Positions 32,004-32,226 of a stretch of DNA of 32,226 nucleotides are shown piece by piece. The notes beneath the pieces were generated by a model. The model made no database searches, was not told where the DNA came from, and saw only the letters and a program-made list of their open reading frames with translations. The position numbers were made by a program, and so were the translations under genes. The number at the start of each line of letters is the position of its first letter. The stretch's first letter is position 1. The stretch comes from Clostridia bacterium (GTDB lineage: Bacteria; Bacillota; Clostridia; UMGS1883): positions 1 to 32,226 of the forward strand of contig JAZRPN010000114.1 of NCBI GenBank assembly GCA_045649225.1. Direction: 5' to 3'.

Positions 32004-32226
32004 TTTCAAAACTCCTTTCTATTTTCTCTTTAGTGGGGATAGACCCAATCACATATTTTTTTCTAACGCTTAGTCCCGAGGCGGCTACTGCGTATCGGCA
32101 CGCCTCCTCGATTTCTTTGTTTTCGGCAATAAGAACGGCTAAAACGCCGTTGAAGGTATCACCTGCGCCCGTCGTGTCAAGAGGCGTTAACTTTATTGCG
32201 GGTACACTGATTTCTCCATTTATAAT
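31996..32226 (-). CDS. PfkB-family carbohydrate kinase, C-terminal 76 codons (gene starts beyond the right edge)
   Basis: The reverse frame reads IINGEISVPAIKLTPLDTTGAGDTFNGVLAVLIAENKEIEEACRYAVAASGLSVRKKYVIGSIPTKEKIERSFENE*. DTTGAGDTFNG is the PfkB signature-2/catalytic Asp motif. It overlaps the SIS gene start by 8 nt. Confidence 0.8.
   Translation of the reverse strand: MINGEISVPAIKLTPLDTTGAGDTFNGVLAVLIAENKEIEEACRYAVAASGLSVRKKYVIGSIPTKEKIERSFENE

Overview
This is a chromosomal segment from a moderate-GC, spore-forming Firmicute, probably a Clostridia member (SigG, NrdR, TsaE/TsaB, Firmicute-type Pgi). No transposase, integrase, CRISPR array or rRNA was seen.

Left part (1-12.3 kb), housekeeping genes:
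- a truncated LacI-like regulator
- an initiator-type tRNA-Met
- ptsH-ptsI
- an NlpC/P60-like hydrolase
- galE-pgi
- sigG
- a G5+M23 peptidase
- an acyl-CoA ligase
- nrdR-rpiB-tsaB-tsaE

Centre (12.4-25.2 kb), a complete glycyl-radical-enzyme bacterial microcompartment (GRM) locus of the aldolase-containing fucose/rhamnose-to-propanediol type:
- B12-independent diol-dehydratase-like GRE and its activase
- PduU-, PduV-, PduA/J-like (x2), PduN-, PduT-like genes and two divergent BMC-H shell genes
- a class II aldolase, a Zn-dependent alcohol dehydrogenase, a CoA-acylating aldehyde dehydrogenase and PduL, each carrying a terminal amphipathic encapsulation-peptide-like extension
- a PduS/RnfC-like flavo-FeS gene interrupted by an in-frame TAA
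- a DeoR (FucR-like) regulator
- two paralogous sigmaA-type promoters with phased CACA/TGTG + A/T-tract repeats

Right part (25.2-32.2 kb):
- tRNA-Leu(CAG) with a duplicated 5' fragment
- an ArsB/NhaD-superfamily permease
- a Mn-catalase/CotJC-like gene
- a minus-strand sugar cluster: GH42-like protein, divergent Gfo/Idh/MocA protein, Rossmann-less Gfo/Idh/MocA C-domain protein, SIS-domain protein, PfkB kinase

The GRM class itself is already described. The points worth follow-up are locus-specific:
- the interrupted PduS-like gene
- a Cys-rich tail on the aldolase
- shared targeting peptides on the ADH and aldehyde dehydrogenase
- unusual shell pore loops
- the repeat-bearing promoters
- RBS-sequestering terminators ahead of sigG and the catalase
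- a DnaA-box cluster
- tRNA-associated relics

All calls come from reading the sequence and the ORF track by eye. No searches were run.
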